Assembly (NCBI GenBank): GCA_964291285.2
Contig: OZ219786.1
Coordinates: 288,001-352,000, forward strand
DNA length: 64,000 nt
From: Alphaproteobacteria bacterium
GTDB lineage: Bacteria > Pseudomonadota > Alphaproteobacteria > Bin95
Direction: 5' to 3'
How positions within the stretch are numbered: position 1 is the stretch's first letter; every line of letters starts with the position of its first letter. The notes below the pieces were generated by a model. It was given only the letters and a program-made list of their open reading frames with translations, had not been told where the DNA came from and made no database searches. Position numbers and translations under genes: made by a program. Of this stretch, positions 19,391 through 29,856 are shown in pieces.

Positions 19391-20224
19391 ATGGCGGAAC
19401 GACGCAGCTACTACGCGCCGACCGGAGGCCTTCCGGGCCAGACGGAACTGCTGACCGGCCGCGCCGTATTCACGGAAGCTTATGCCGTCATCCCGAAGGA
19501 CGTGCTCCGGGACATCGTGACCAGCCTGCTGCCGCACTGGGAGCGAACCCGCGCCTGGATTCTCGCAAGGCCGCTCTCCGGCTTCGCGGAGACCTTCTCG
19601 CAATACATCGTCGAGGTGGCTCCCGGCGGCGGCAGCGACAATCCCGAGCCCGACCGCGGCGCGGAAGCCGGGCTTTTCGCGGTCGCCGGGTCCTTCGAGC
19701 TCCTGCTTGCGGGCCGGACCCGGCAGATCGAAGCGGGGGGATTCGTCTATATCCCGCCCGGCGCCGACTGGCGGCTCCGCAACCGGGGCGGCGAAAATGC
19801 GGTCTTCCACTGGATTCGCAAGCGTTACGAGGCGGTCGACGGCCTCGCCTTGCCCGATCCCATCGTGACCAGCGACCGCGAGTGTCCGCCTGTCGCGATG
19901 CCGGATACGGATGGCCGCTGGGCGACCACGCGCTTCATCGACCCGGACGACCTGCGCCACGACATGCATGTCAACATCGTCTCCTTCGAGCCGGGCGCGG
20001 TCATCCCCTTCGCCGAGACGCATATCATGGAGCACGGCCTCTATGTGCTCGAAGGCAAGGGCGTGTACCGGTTGAACCAAGACTGGGTGGAAGTCGAAGC
20101 CGGGGACTTCATGTGGCTGCGCGCCTTCTGCCCCCAGGCCTGCTATGCGGGCGGCCCCGGCCTGTTCCGCTACCTGCTCTACAAGGATGTGAACCGCCAT
20201 CCCCGGCTTGCGCCGCCGATATAG
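19391..20224 (+). CDS. allE: (S)-ureidoglycine aminohydrolase
   Basis: RAVFTEAYAVIP, FAETFSQY, ETHIMEHGLYVL, YLLYKDVNRH. Confidence 0.9.
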   Translation: MAERRSYYAPTGGLPGQTELLTGRAVFTEAYAVIPKDVLRDIVTSLLPHWERTRAWILARPLSGFAETFSQYIVEVAPGGGSDNPEPDRGAEAGLFAVAGSFELLLAGRTRQIEAGGFVYIPPGADWRLRNRGGENAVFHWIRKRYEAVDGLALPDPIVTSDRECPPVAMPDTDGRWATTRFIDPDDLRHDMHVNIVSFEPGAVIPFAETHIMEHGLYVLEGKGVYRLNQDWVEVEAGDFMWLRAFCPQACYAGGPGLFRYLLYKDVNRHPRLAPPI

Positions 20225-20240
20225 GCCCGCCGGCGGGACT

Positions 20241-21470
20241 TTACTCCCGCCTGTCCTCGTACCAGGCGACGATCAGCCGGCGCTCCTCGTCTTCCATCGC
20301 GGCCAGATTGCCGGGCGGCATGGCGCGCGAGCGGCCGGCCTGGAGATAGATGAGGCGGGCGTTTCTCAAGAGTTGTTCGTCGGTTTCCAGCACGATGCCC
20401 TTGGGTGGCCTATGGACCCCCTCCCAGACCGGCTCCTCCGCATGGCAGACGAGGCAGCGGGTGAGCACGGCTTCCTGCACGGCCTCGAAATGGGGCGAGG
20501 CGGCGAGGCGGCGTTCCACGGGCGTCAGCGCCGCGCCGTCGGCCCGGCCGGTGAGGACCGCCGGCATGGTCGAAAGCCAGACGATGACGAGAAACAGGAC
20601 CGCGGCGGCAATCCAGGGCCATATCCGGTGGCCCTTCCGCGCATGCACATTGTTGAAATAGACGCGGATCAGCACGCCCATCAGGAAAATCAGCGACGCG
20701 ATGACCCAGCTGAATTCCGTGGCGAAGGCCAGCGGATAGTGATTCGACAGCATCAGGAAGATGACGGGCAGCGTCAGATAGTTGTTGTGGGTCGAACGTT
20801 GGCCCGCGATCCGGCCGTATTTCGGGTCCGGGGTCCGTCCCGCCTTCAGGTCCTCCGTGACGATGCGCTGGTTCGGGATGATGACCAGGAACACGTTCGC
20901 GCTCATGATCGTCGCCGTGATCGAGCCCAGATGGACGAAGGCGGCCCGCCCGCTGAAGACCTGCGAAAAACCCCAGGCCATCGCCACCAGAACGACATAG
21001 AGGAACAGCATCAGCCGCGTGTTGTCGTCGCCGAAGCGGCTCTTGCAGATCAGGTCGTAGGCGAACCAGCCGACGACTATGGAGGCGACGGAAATGGCGA
21101 TCGCCGCCTCGTTCGACAGCTCCATGACCTCGTTGTCGACAAGGTAGAATTCCGGGTGGGCATAGTAGAGGACGCACAACAGGGCGAAGCCGGAAACCCA
21201 GGTCGCGTAGCTTTCCCATTTGAACCAGGTCAGGTGCTCCGGCAGTTCCGGCGGAGCGACCATGTATTTGCGGACATGGTAGAAGCCGCCGCCATGCACC
21301 TGCCATTCCTCCCCGGTCACCCCTTCGGGCAAATCCTGGCGTTGGCGAAGACCGAGATCGAGCGCGATGAAGTAGAACGACGTGCCGATCCACACGATGG
21401 CGGTCGTCACATGCGTCCAGCGCACGACGAATTCCAGCCATTCGCCGAGAACGGGAAGCAACGCCTCCAC
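20241..21470 (-). CDS. puuD: Urate hydroxylase PuuD (membrane protein with cytochrome c domain)
   Basis: RWTHV...WIGTSFYF, WQVHGGGFY, WFKWESY, HNNYLTLPV, CxxCH (CLVCH), MPPGN. GTG overlaps the xdhB stop. Confidence 0.9.
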   Translation of the reverse strand: MEALLPVLGEWLEFVVRWTHVTTAIVWIGTSFYFIALDLGLRQRQDLPEGVTGEEWQVHGGGFYHVRKYMVAPPELPEHLTWFKWESYATWVSGFALLCVLYYAHPEFYLVDNEVMELSNEAAIAISVASIVVGWFAYDLICKSRFGDDNTRLMLFLYVVLVAMAWGFSQVFSGRAAFVHLGSITATIMSANVFLVIIPNQRIVTEDLKAGRTPDPKYGRIAGQRSTHNNYLTLPVIFLMLSNHYPLAFATEFSWVIASLIFLMGVLIRVYFNNVHARKGHRIWPWIAAAVLFLVIVWLSTMPAVLTGRADGAALTPVERRLAASPHFEAVQEAVLTRCLVCHAEEPVWEGVHRPPKGIVLETDEQLLRNARLIYLQAGRSRAMPPGNLAAMEDEERRLIVAWYEDRRE

Positions 21471-23779
21471 TATCCGGCTCCGTCCCGCTTCAGCCGATCG
21501 ATGGCGAGTAACAGGCGTTCGGGCGTGGCTGGCGTGTCGAGTCTGGGGCAATGCCGGTAGCCGGCCGTGCTGGCGACGGCCATCGACAGGGCCTCCACTA
21601 CAGAGGCGCATAGCAGCAGAGGCGGCTCGCCGATGGCCTTGGACCGACCGATGGTGGGCTTGGCGTTCTCGGACCACTCGGCGAGATGCACGTTGAAGAC
21701 GGGCGGGCAGTCCGAGGCAAGCGGGATCTTGTAGGTCGAGGGGGCGTGTGTGCGCAGCCGCCCCTCGCCGTCCCACCAGAGTTCCTCCGTCGTGACCCAC
21801 CCCATGCCCTGGATGAAGCCGCCTTCGACCTGACCCAGATCGATGGCCGGATTAAGCGACCGGCCCGCATCGTGGAGGATATCAACCCTGAGCACGCAGT
21901 ATTCGCCGGTCAGCGTATCGACCTCGACCTCGGTGACGCCGGCGCTGTAGGCGAAATAGTAGAAGGGCTTGCCGCGCCCGGCCGCCCGGTCCCAGTGGAT
22001 TTCCGGGGTGCGGTAGAAGCCGGTGGCCGAAAGCTGGACCCTCGCCATGTAAGCCGCTTCGACCAGGTCGGCGAAGGCGATGTCCTGGTTGCCGATCCTG
22101 ACCCTGCCGGCCTCGAATAGGACCTGGCCGGGCTCGACATTCCAGTGTTCGGCGGCGAAGGCGACCAGCCGGCGCTTGATCTCGTCGGCCGCCTCAAACG
22201 CCGCCATGCCGTTCAGGTCCGAGCCGGTGGAGGCTGCTGTCGCCGAGGTGTTCGGTACCTTGCCGGTGCTGGTGGCAGTGATCCGCACGCGGTCGAGATC
22301 GACCTGGAAGCAGTCCGCGACCACCGAGGCGACCTTGATGAAGAGCCCCTGCCCCATCTCCGTGCCGCCGTGGTTCAGATGGATGGAGCCGTCGCGATAG
22401 ACATGCACCAGCGCGCCGGCCTGGTTCATCCAGGTCGCGGTGAAGGACACGCCGAACTTGACCGGCGTGAGCGCGATGCCCCTGCGCAGGACGCCGCCCT
22501 TTGCGTTGAAGTCCAGAACCGCCTGCTGCCGCGGCGCGTAGTCCGCCCGCTCTTCGATTTCTGCGACCAAGCGCGGGAGAATGTTGTCCTCGACCGGCTG
22601 GTGATAGGGCGTCAGGTCCCTGCCGGGGCCGCCGTAGAAATTGGCCTTGCGGATATCGAGCGGGGAACGGCCGGTGCCGTATGCGATCTCCTCGATAATC
22701 CGTTCGGCCGCCATGACGCCCTGGGGCGAGCCGAATCCCCGGAAGGCCGTGTTGGAAACGGTGTTGGTGCGCATCGGCCGCGAGCGCAGCCTGACGGCGG
22801 GAAAGAAGTAGGCATTGTCGGCGTGAAACAGTGCCCGGTCGGAAACCGCGCCCGACAGGTCCACGGAAAAGCCGCAGCGCGCCGTCAGCACGCTGTCCAC
22901 GGCGAGGATGCGCCCCTCATCGTCGAACCCGACATCGTAATCGACGCGGAAGTCGTGGCGCTTGCCGGTCGCGGTCATGTCATCGTCCCGGTCCGGGCGC
23001 AGCTTGACGGCACGGCCGAATTTCCGGGCAGCGAGCGCGGCGACGGCCGCAAACAGGTTCGACTGGCTTTCCTTGCCGCCGAATGCCCCGCCCATGCGCC
23101 GCACGTTCACCGTCACCGCGCTCGACGGAACCGCGAGCACATGGGCCACGACATGCTGCACTTCGCTCGGATGCTGGGTCGATGATACCACCCGGACCTC
23201 GTCGTCTTCTCCCGGCAGGGCAAACGCGATATGGCCCTCCAGGTAGAAATGGTCCTGGCCTCCGACCCGGAACGTGCCCTGCACGCGGCGCGGCGCAGCA
23301 TCGAGCGCAGCCTCGACATCCCCCCGCGCAAGCGTCAGCGGCTCCGACACGGTTTCGAGGGCATCCTCCGCCTCGATGACGGCTGGCCGCGGCTCATATA
23401 CGACCCGTGCGCGGCGTGCGGCGCGCCGGGCCTCGGCCCGCGTCGCGGCCACGACCGCAAACATGGGCTGGCCGTAGAAGGAAACCGCACCGTTCGCGAA
23501 GACCGGGTCGTCGCCTGCTCCAACGGGGCTGATGTCGTTTTCGCCCGGAATGTCGGCCGCCGTCAGCACCCCGACCACGCCCGGCGCGCTGCCCACTTCG
23601 GCGAGGTCCAACTCCGATATGCCGGCATGGGCCGCCGTCGAAAGCCCGAGGCAGGCATGCAGCATGCCGGCCGGCTCCACCATGTCGTCGGCATAGGCGG
23701 CGCGGCCCGTCACATGCCTGGCGGCGGAATCGTGCCGGTGCGCGCGGTGCATATGTTCGCGGAGTGCGGGCCCGGTCAT
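21470..23779 (-). CDS. xdhB: Xanthine dehydrogenase molybdopterin subunit
   Basis: HDSAARHVTG, GQDHFYLEG, RRMGGAFGGKESQ, AFRGFG, GGTEMGQG, SKAIGEPP. Confidence 0.95.
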   Translation of the reverse strand: MTGPALREHMHRAHRHDSAARHVTGRAAYADDMVEPAGMLHACLGLSTAAHAGISELDLAEVGSAPGVVGVLTAADIPGENDISPVGAGDDPVFANGAVSFYGQPMFAVVAATRAEARRAARRARVVYEPRPAVIEAEDALETVSEPLTLARGDVEAALDAAPRRVQGTFRVGGQDHFYLEGHIAFALPGEDDEVRVVSSTQHPSEVQHVVAHVLAVPSSAVTVNVRRMGGAFGGKESQSNLFAAVAALAARKFGRAVKLRPDRDDDMTATGKRHDFRVDYDVGFDDEGRILAVDSVLTARCGFSVDLSGAVSDRALFHADNAYFFPAVRLRSRPMRTNTVSNTAFRGFGSPQGVMAAERIIEEIAYGTGRSPLDIRKANFYGGPGRDLTPYHQPVEDNILPRLVAEIEERADYAPRQQAVLDFNAKGGVLRRGIALTPVKFGVSFTATWMNQAGALVHVYRDGSIHLNHGGTEMGQGLFIKVASVVADCFQVDLDRVRITATSTGKVPNTSATAASTGSDLNGMAAFEAADEIKRRLVAFAAEHWNVEPGQVLFEAGRVRIGNQDIAFADLVEAAYMARVQLSATGFYRTPEIHWDRAAGRGKPFYYFAYSAGVTEVEVDTLTGEYCVLRVDILHDAGRSLNPAIDLGQVEGGFIQGMGWVTTEELWWDGEGRLRTHAPSTYKIPLASDCPPVFNVHLAEWSENAKPTIGRSKAIGEPPLLLCASVVEALSMAVASTAGYRHCPRLDTPATPERLLLAIDRLKRDGAG

Positions 23780-25215
23780 AGTGAAACGGTCCCCGGCTGG
23801 TCCAAATAGAAGCGCTTCAGCAGGTTCCGCGCGACGAGCGCCCGGTATTGTGACGAGGCGCGCCAGTCGGAAATCGGCGTGAAGTCCCGTTCCAGCGCCT
23901 GCCCCGCAGCCTCTATGGCAGGCTCTCCCCACGCCCGGCCGCGCAGCGCGGCTTCGGCCGCTTCGGCCCGTTTGGGCGTCGCCGCCATGCCGCCGAAAGC
24001 CAGCCGCGCCTCTTCCATGCGGCCCTTCCGGACGCGGACCATGAAGCCGGCGCAGACCGAAGAGATGTCCTCGTCGCGGCGTTTGGAGACCTTGTAGAAG
24101 CCGAGCCGGGCACCCTTCGCCGGAACCGGCACGCGCACCTCCTCCACGAATTCGCCGGGTGCCAGGTCCTGCCGGCCATAGTCCAGGAAATAGGCCTCCA
24201 GCGGTATGGCGCGCCGCTTCCCGCCCTTTCGCAGAACCAGTTCGGCCCCAAGCGCGATCAGCACCGGCAGCAGGTCGGCAATGGGCGAGCCGTTGGCGAT
24301 GTTGCCGCCGACCGTGCCCATATTGCGTATCTGCCAGCCGCCGATGCGGCTCCAGTAGTCCGCGAGGCCCGGCACGGACTCCGTCAGGGCGGCCTCCGCA
24401 TCCGAATAGGACGCCGTCGCCCCGATCCCGATTGCCCCGCCCTTCGCGGCAATCCGGCCGAGTCCGTCCAGATGGCCGATGAACACCGCCGGCGCAATAT
24501 CCCGCAGATCCTTGTTGATCCACACGCCGACATCGGTCGCGCCGGCAACCATGGTGGCCGCCGGCTCCGCTTCCAGCGCGTCTGCCAAATCGTCCTCGTC
24601 GGCCGGAACGACAACGCTGCCGCTGTCCAGTTCGACCCGGTTTCCGTCGGCCATTGCCGCCAGGCGCGCGGCAACCGCCTCGCGGTTCCGCACCAGCCCG
24701 TCGTCTTCGGGCAGGCCGTAGTCGCCGGCCGCCACCGCCGCGCGCAGGATCGGCGCATAGCCGGTGCAGCGGCAGAGATTGCCCTGGAGCGCCCGCCGGA
24801 CCTCGGCGTCCGTCGGCCTCGGCCGTTCCAGCCACAGCGCATAAAGCGCCATGACGATGCCGGGCGTGCAGAAGCCGCACTGGCTGCCGTGGCAATCGAC
24901 CATCGCCTGCTGGACCGGATGCAGCCGGCCATCCGCGCCTGCGAGGTGCTCGACCATCACGACATGGCACCCGTCGAGGCTCGGCAGGAGCCGGATGCAG
25001 CTGTTCACCGCCTCGTAGCGCAGGTCCCCGTCGCGCAGCCGGCCAACCAGCACGGTACAGGCGCCGCAATCGCCTTCCGCGCAGCCTTCCTTGGTGCCGC
25101 GGAGGCCGCGGCGGAGCCTCAGGAAGTCGAGCAGGCTGTCTCCGGCGCCGGCATCCCCGAGCGCGACCTCCTCGTCATTCACCAGGAACCGGAGTTCGCG
25201 GCGCACCCCGGTCAT
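23776..25215 (-). CDS. xdhA: Xanthine dehydrogenase small (Fe-S/FAD) subunit
   Basis: GTKEGCAEGDCGAC, QCGFCTPG, GNLCRCTGY, KVSKRRDEDIS. Confidence 0.95.
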   Translation of the reverse strand: MTGVRRELRFLVNDEEVALGDAGAGDSLLDFLRLRRGLRGTKEGCAEGDCGACTVLVGRLRDGDLRYEAVNSCIRLLPSLDGCHVVMVEHLAGADGRLHPVQQAMVDCHGSQCGFCTPGIVMALYALWLERPRPTDAEVRRALQGNLCRCTGYAPILRAAVAAGDYGLPEDDGLVRNREAVAARLAAMADGNRVELDSGSVVVPADEDDLADALEAEPAATMVAGATDVGVWINKDLRDIAPAVFIGHLDGLGRIAAKGGAIGIGATASYSDAEAALTESVPGLADYWSRIGGWQIRNMGTVGGNIANGSPIADLLPVLIALGAELVLRKGGKRRAIPLEAYFLDYGRQDLAPGEFVEEVRVPVPAKGARLGFYKVSKRRDEDISSVCAGFMVRVRKGRMEEARLAFGGMAATPKRAEAAEAALRGRAWGEPAIEAAGQALERDFTPISDWRASSQYRALVARNLLKRFYLDQPGTVSL

Positions 25216-25218
25216 GGC

Positions 25219-25575
25219 CTAACTGCCCCGATAGGTCGAATAGCCGAAGGGCGAGAGCAGCAGCGGCACATGGTAGTTGGCCCCGGCTTCCGAAATGCCG
25301 AACCGCACCGGCACCGTGTCGAGAAACGGCCTGTCTGCGCCCGCGCCCGCAACGCGATGATAATCGCCGGCCTCGAATTCAATCTCGTAGACGCCGGGCG
25401 CGAATGCGTCGCCGTCGAGCAACGGCCCGTCCGTGCGCCCGTCGGCATTGGTGACGGTAGACCCCAGCAGGCGTCGGCTGCCCGCCTCCAGCCTGTAGAG
25501 CCGAAGCGCCAGCCCCGCAGCGGGGCGGCCGCGCGCCGTGTCCAGCACATGGGTGGTCAGCCGGCCGTCGGGCAT
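25219..25575 (-). CDS. uraH: 5-hydroxyisourate hydrolase
   Basis: [14 protein letters not shown]-terminal YHVPLL...YRGS. Confidence 0.95.
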   Translation of the reverse strand: MPDGRLTTHVLDTARGRPAAGLALRLYRLEAGSRRLLGSTVTNADGRTDGPLLDGDAFAPGVYEIEFEAGDYHRVAGAGADRPFLDTVPVRFGISEAGANYHVPLLLSPFGYSTYRGS

Positions 25576-25700
25576 GGGCGCTCCCTCGGACTCGTTCGGA
25601 GCCTTCCTGTCGGGAGGCGGTATCCTTGCACGCTAGCAATCCGCATTTTTACAATCAACACAGTCGATTGTCGAAAATGGTTGGCAGGACGGAGAAGGCA

Positions 25701-27119
25701 ATGCTTCGATATCCAAGAGACCTGCACGGTTACGGGTCCGAGCCGCCCGATCCGAGATGGCCCGGCGGCGCCCGGATCGCCGTCCAGTTCGTCATCAATT
25801 ACGAGGAAGGCGGCGAGAACTGCATCCTCCACGGCGACCCGGCCTCGGAAGCCTTCCTTTCCGAGATCGTGGGCGCCGCGCCATGGACCGGCCAGCGGCA
25901 CTGGAACATGGAGTCCATCTACGAATACGGCGCGCGGGCCGGGTTCTGGCGCCTTCACCGGCTGTTCACCGGATTGGACATCCCGGTCACGGTCTATGGC
26001 GTGGCGACGGCTCTGGCGTGCGCGCCCGCCCAGGTGGCGGCGATGCAGGCCGCCGGCTGGGAGATCGCAAGCCACGGCCTCAAATGGATCGAATACCGGG
26101 ACATGCCGCTCGAAGAGGAGCGCGAGCATCTGGAGCAGGCCGTTCAGCTGCACGCGGAAGTCACGGGCGAGCGGCCGCGCGGCTGGTATACGGGACGTTG
26201 CTCGGCGAATACCGTTGCACTCGCCGCCGAGGAAGGCGGTTTCGAATATATTTCAGATGCTTATACCGATGACCTGCCAAACTGGATTCGTATCGGCGGG
26301 CAAGACCAGTTGATGGTTCCCTACACGCTGGACGCCAACGACATGCGGTTCGCGGTGCCGCAGGGCTTCAATTCCGGCGACCAGTTCTTCACCTATCTGC
26401 GCGACAGTTTCGATGCGCTCTATGCCGAGGGCGAAGCGGGCAGCGCGAAAATGCTCTCGGTCGGCCTGCATTGCCGGCTCGTCGGACGCCCCGGCCGCAT
26501 CATGGCCCTGAAGCGGTTCATCGAATATGCGGCGGGGCACGAGGCCGTCTGGTTCGCCCGGCGCATCGACATCGCCCGCCACTGGCATGAGGTGCATCCG
26601 CCCCCGGTAGCCCGTGAGCGCCCGTCTTCGATGGACCGCGAAACCTTCGTTGCACGGTTCGGCGGCATTTTCGAGCACTCGCCCTGGGTCGCGGAGCGCG
26701 CCTGGGACGACGAGCTGGGGCCTGCGCATGACACCGCCGTCGGCATGCTGAGCGCGCTCGCGCGGAAATTCCGGTCCGCCGGCGAGGACGAGCGGCTCGG
26801 CGTGCTGAAGGCCCATCCCGACCTGGCGGGAAGGCTGGCGGCAGCCCGCCGGCTGACCGAGGCATCGGCGGCGGAACAGGCGTCCGCCGGGCTCGATGCG
26901 CTGACCGACGCCGAGCGCGCCCGCTTTACCGACCTGAACCGGGCCTATGTGGCGAAGCACGGATTTCCGTTCATCATCGCAGTGCGCGACCACGACAGGG
27001 CCGGCATCCTGCAAGCCTTCGAACAGCGTCTTGCAAACGATTCCGGGACGGAATTCGCCGAAGCGTGCCGGCAGGTCGAGCGTATCGCCGAACTGCGCCT
27101 CTCGGAGATGTTCGGCTAG
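25701..27119 (+). CDS. puuE: Allantoinase PuuE fused to OHCU decarboxylase
   Basis: YPRDLHGYG, NYEEGGE, YEYGARAG, GLHCRL; C-terminal FEHSPW, AHPDL, FPFII. Confidence 0.92.
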   Translation: MLRYPRDLHGYGSEPPDPRWPGGARIAVQFVINYEEGGENCILHGDPASEAFLSEIVGAAPWTGQRHWNMESIYEYGARAGFWRLHRLFTGLDIPVTVYGVATALACAPAQVAAMQAAGWEIASHGLKWIEYRDMPLEEEREHLEQAVQLHAEVTGERPRGWYTGRCSANTVALAAEEGGFEYISDAYTDDLPNWIRIGGQDQLMVPYTLDANDMRFAVPQGFNSGDQFFTYLRDSFDALYAEGEAGSAKMLSVGLHCRLVGRPGRIMALKRFIEYAAGHEAVWFARRIDIARHWHEVHPPPVARERPSSMDRETFVARFGGIFEHSPWVAERAWDDELGPAHDTAVGMLSALARKFRSAGEDERLGVLKAHPDLAGRLAAARRLTEASAAEQASAGLDALTDAERARFTDLNRAYVAKHGFPFIIAVRDHDRAGILQAFEQRLANDSGTEFAEACRQVERIAELRLSEMFG

Positions 27120-27132
27120 GAAGCCGCCCGGA

Positions 27133-28011
27133 CTACGCGGCCGCCGGACGGGCCGTATCGCGGACCTGGGTGCGGTGCATATGGCGCCGGCTGCCGGCGG
27201 GCAGCGTGTCGCGCCGGTGCAGCGTGCAGCGATTGTCCCAGATCACGAGGTCTCCCGCCTGCCAGTCCTGCGTCCAGACGAACCCGCAACGCTCGATATG
27301 CGCCCAGATTTCATCGAGCAGCGCATTGCTCTCATCATCCGGCAGACCGACGATCCAGGCGTTCGGGCGGCGGCCCACGCAGAGAGCCTTGCGGCCCGTC
27401 CCGGGATGGACGAGAACCAGCGGATGGATCGCCCCCGGGCGGTCTTCGTTCGAATAGTCTTCCTCGTAGCCGTGGCGAAGCCGGCCATCGGACGAACGCG
27501 TCGCGTCATGCTTGCAGGTCAGGCCTTCGACCCGTCGGCGCAGCGCGTCAGGCAGCGCGTCATAGGCCTTGTAAAGATTGTAGAATTGCGTGGCGCCGCC
27601 GACTTCCGGAACCTCGATGCCGTAGAGCAGGCTCGCCTTGGGCGGGATGTCGTTGTAGGTCATGTCCTGGTGCCAGACGAGTTCGGAATTGCCGAGCGCG
27701 CCGGCCGGCTTACCGTCCACGACGATATTGGACACCACGACGATCTCGGGCCGCTCGGGATTGAAGGGTTTGCCGCCGCGCCCCGTCGGCGCCATGTCCA
27801 GTTCGCCGAAGCGGCGCGAGAAGGCGGCGAGAGCGTCGTCATCGAGCGTCTGGCCCCGGAACCGCACCACCAGATGCTCGTGCCAGGCGTCCTCTATCCG
27901 GCGGAAATCGGCATCGCCCATATCCCGCGCGAGATCGATTCCGACGATGTCCGCACCGAGCGCGCCGCCTGTCGGCACCACACGAATGTCCGTAGCCGCC
28001 ATCCCGGCCAT
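27133..28011 (-). CDS. TauD/TfdA family 2OG-Fe(II) dioxygenase
   Basis: WHQD, HPLVLVHPGTGRK, WDNRCTLHRR. Confidence 0.9.
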   Translation of the reverse strand: MAGMAATDIRVVPTGGALGADIVGIDLARDMGDADFRRIEDAWHEHLVVRFRGQTLDDDALAAFSRRFGELDMAPTGRGGKPFNPERPEIVVVSNIVVDGKPAGALGNSELVWHQDMTYNDIPPKASLLYGIEVPEVGGATQFYNLYKAYDALPDALRRRVEGLTCKHDATRSSDGRLRHGYEEDYSNEDRPGAIHPLVLVHPGTGRKALCVGRRPNAWIVGLPDDESNALLDEIWAHIERCGFVWTQDWQAGDLVIWDNRCTLHRRDTLPAGSRRHMHRTQVRDTARPAAA

Positions 28012-28088
28012 GTCCGTCTCCCGATGTTGCCGGCGGCGACGGTAACGGAAGCCGGCAGGCAGGAAAAGTGCCGGCCGCTTCCCCGGCC

Positions 28089-29831
28089 CTACTCCACCGC
28101 CTTTACATGAACGGTCACGATGTCCGTGTCGTGATACTGCTGGTGGCGCACCGAGGAGGCGAGGTGCCGCAGCAGCCGGAGCGAGATTTCATGCTCCGCC
28201 GGCGTGCCGGCCGTATGCTCGCCAAGCAGGGCGATGCGATCCTCGAGGTTGCCGTCTTCGCCCGAGGCGACGATGAACTCCAGGACGGCGCTCCCGTCAT
28301 CGCGGGATGCCGAGAGGCGGAGACGCCGGGGCCGCCGCTCTCCTCTTTCGCCGCTCCCCTGCATGAGTGTCGCCAGCGCCTCTTCACCGATGGCGTCCAG
28401 CCGCTGCGCCGTATCCCCGGACCAGGCGTTCCGCGACGCGAATTGCCTGAGGAACTCGCTGACAGGCCGGAAAGCCGAATCGTCGAAGGCGGTTTCCATA
28501 CGTCTTCGGCGGGGCTTGGCCGCTTCCAGGCATATCGTCAGGAAAATGGCGGCGGCACCGCCGGCCGTCATGCCGTTCTGCAGCAGGCCGCCGGCGAACT
28601 CGGCGAAGAACTCCGGGAAGATCGCGCCGTTCTGGAAGCCGACGCCGATCCAGAAGGAAACGCCTACGACGATCCCCTTGCGGTAGTCGATGCCGTCCTG
28701 CACCACGATCCTCATGCCGACCACGAAGAGCATCGCCAGCAGCACGGTCGCGTAGGCGGCGACGACCGGGCCGGGAACGGCCAGCACGATCGCAAGCGCC
28801 TTCGGCAACAGCGCCAGCACAAGGAAAATCAGGCCGACGGCGACGCCGACGCGGCGCGCGGCCACACCGGTCAGTTCGGTCACGGATATGCTGGTCGAAT
28901 AGGTCGTGTTCGGGATCGTGCCGAACAGGCCCGACAGGAGGTTGCCCATCCCGTCCGCAGCGACCGCGCCTTCCACCGCCCGGTAGTCGACGGCCCGGCG
29001 CTCGCGCCAGGAAACATGCTGGATGGCGATGGAGTCCCCCACCGTCTCGATGGCGCCGACCAGGGTGACCAGCACGAATGCCGGAAGCAGCGTCCAGAAA
29101 GCCGGCCCGAAATCGAGGTCGAACCCCGGCCACCCTCCTTCGGGAAACCCGATCCACGCCGCGTCGGCAACGCGCGCGAAGTCGTATATGCCGAACGCGC
29201 CGCCTACCGCCGACCCGACCACGACCCCTATGACCGGCGCCCAGAGCCGCCAGACCCCGGTCGCGGCCAGCGCAATCGCCACGATGACGGCGATGGTGAC
29301 GCCGGCCGATACGGGAGCGGCGAGCGCCGGCGCGCCCTCCGGCGCCTTGTCCAGCATGTCGAAGATAATCGGCATGACCGTTACCGCGATCAGCATGATG
29401 ACGGTGCCTGCGACCGACGGCGTGAAGATGCGCCGCACCAGCGACAGGCGCGCCGCCAGCGCGAATTGGAAGAAAGATGAAATGACGACGAGCGTGGCGA
29501 GCAGCGCCGGCCCGCCTTGCGCCATCGCCCCGATGCACACGGCGATGAAGGCGCCGGAGGTGCCCATCAGCAGGACATAGCCGGCGCCGATGCGACCGAC
29601 GCGCACCGCCTGGACGATGGTCGTGACGCCGCACACCGCGACGGCCGCAAAGGCCGCCCATGAGAGGTAGGTGTCGCTTCCGCCGCCCGCCCGGATCACG
29701 ATGGACGGCGTGAGGACAATTCCGGCGATGGTGAGCATCGCCAGCTGCAGGCCGAGGCCGAACGCCAGCGGCGCCGGCGGTTTCTCGTCGGCGGCATACC
29801 GCACATGGCGGCCTGCTTCGCTCGTTTCCAT
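28089..29831 (-). CDS. NCS2 xanthine/uracil permease with C-terminal soluble extension
   Basis: YAADEKPP, GLQ, ETVGD, DG, PNTTYS NAT-like motif, many TM helices; ~140-aa soluble tail. Confidence 0.85.
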   Translation of the reverse strand: METSEAGRHVRYAADEKPPAPLAFGLGLQLAMLTIAGIVLTPSIVIRAGGGSDTYLSWAAFAAVAVCGVTTIVQAVRVGRIGAGYVLLMGTSGAFIAVCIGAMAQGGPALLATLVVISSFFQFALAARLSLVRRIFTPSVAGTVIMLIAVTVMPIIFDMLDKAPEGAPALAAPVSAGVTIAVIVAIALAATGVWRLWAPVIGVVVGSAVGGAFGIYDFARVADAAWIGFPEGGWPGFDLDFGPAFWTLLPAFVLVTLVGAIETVGDSIAIQHVSWRERRAVDYRAVEGAVAADGMGNLLSGLFGTIPNTTYSTSISVTELTGVAARRVGVAVGLIFLVLALLPKALAIVLAVPGPVVAAYATVLLAMLFVVGMRIVVQDGIDYRKGIVVGVSFWIGVGFQNGAIFPEFFAEFAGGLLQNGMTAGGAAAIFLTICLEAAKPRRRRMETAFDDSAFRPVSEFLRQFASRNAWSGDTAQRLDAIGEEALATLMQGSGERGERRPRRLRLSASRDDGSAVLEFIVASGEDGNLEDRIALLGEHTAGTPAEHEISLRLLRHLASSVRHQQYHDTDIVTVHVKAVE

Positions 29832-29856
29832 TCCCCCTCCTGCCGGGCGGGACCGG

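Noticed and set aside
21470-25069. 1199-aa XdhB and similar long N-terminal extensions (pepA 47636, methyltransferase 52404, aatA 58464)
   Set aside because: Extensions overlap other genes; the real starts are at internal ATGs with family-typical N-termini
25701-27119. PuuE-OHCU decarboxylase fusion as a novelty
   Set aside because: This fusion is already known in Alphaproteobacteria
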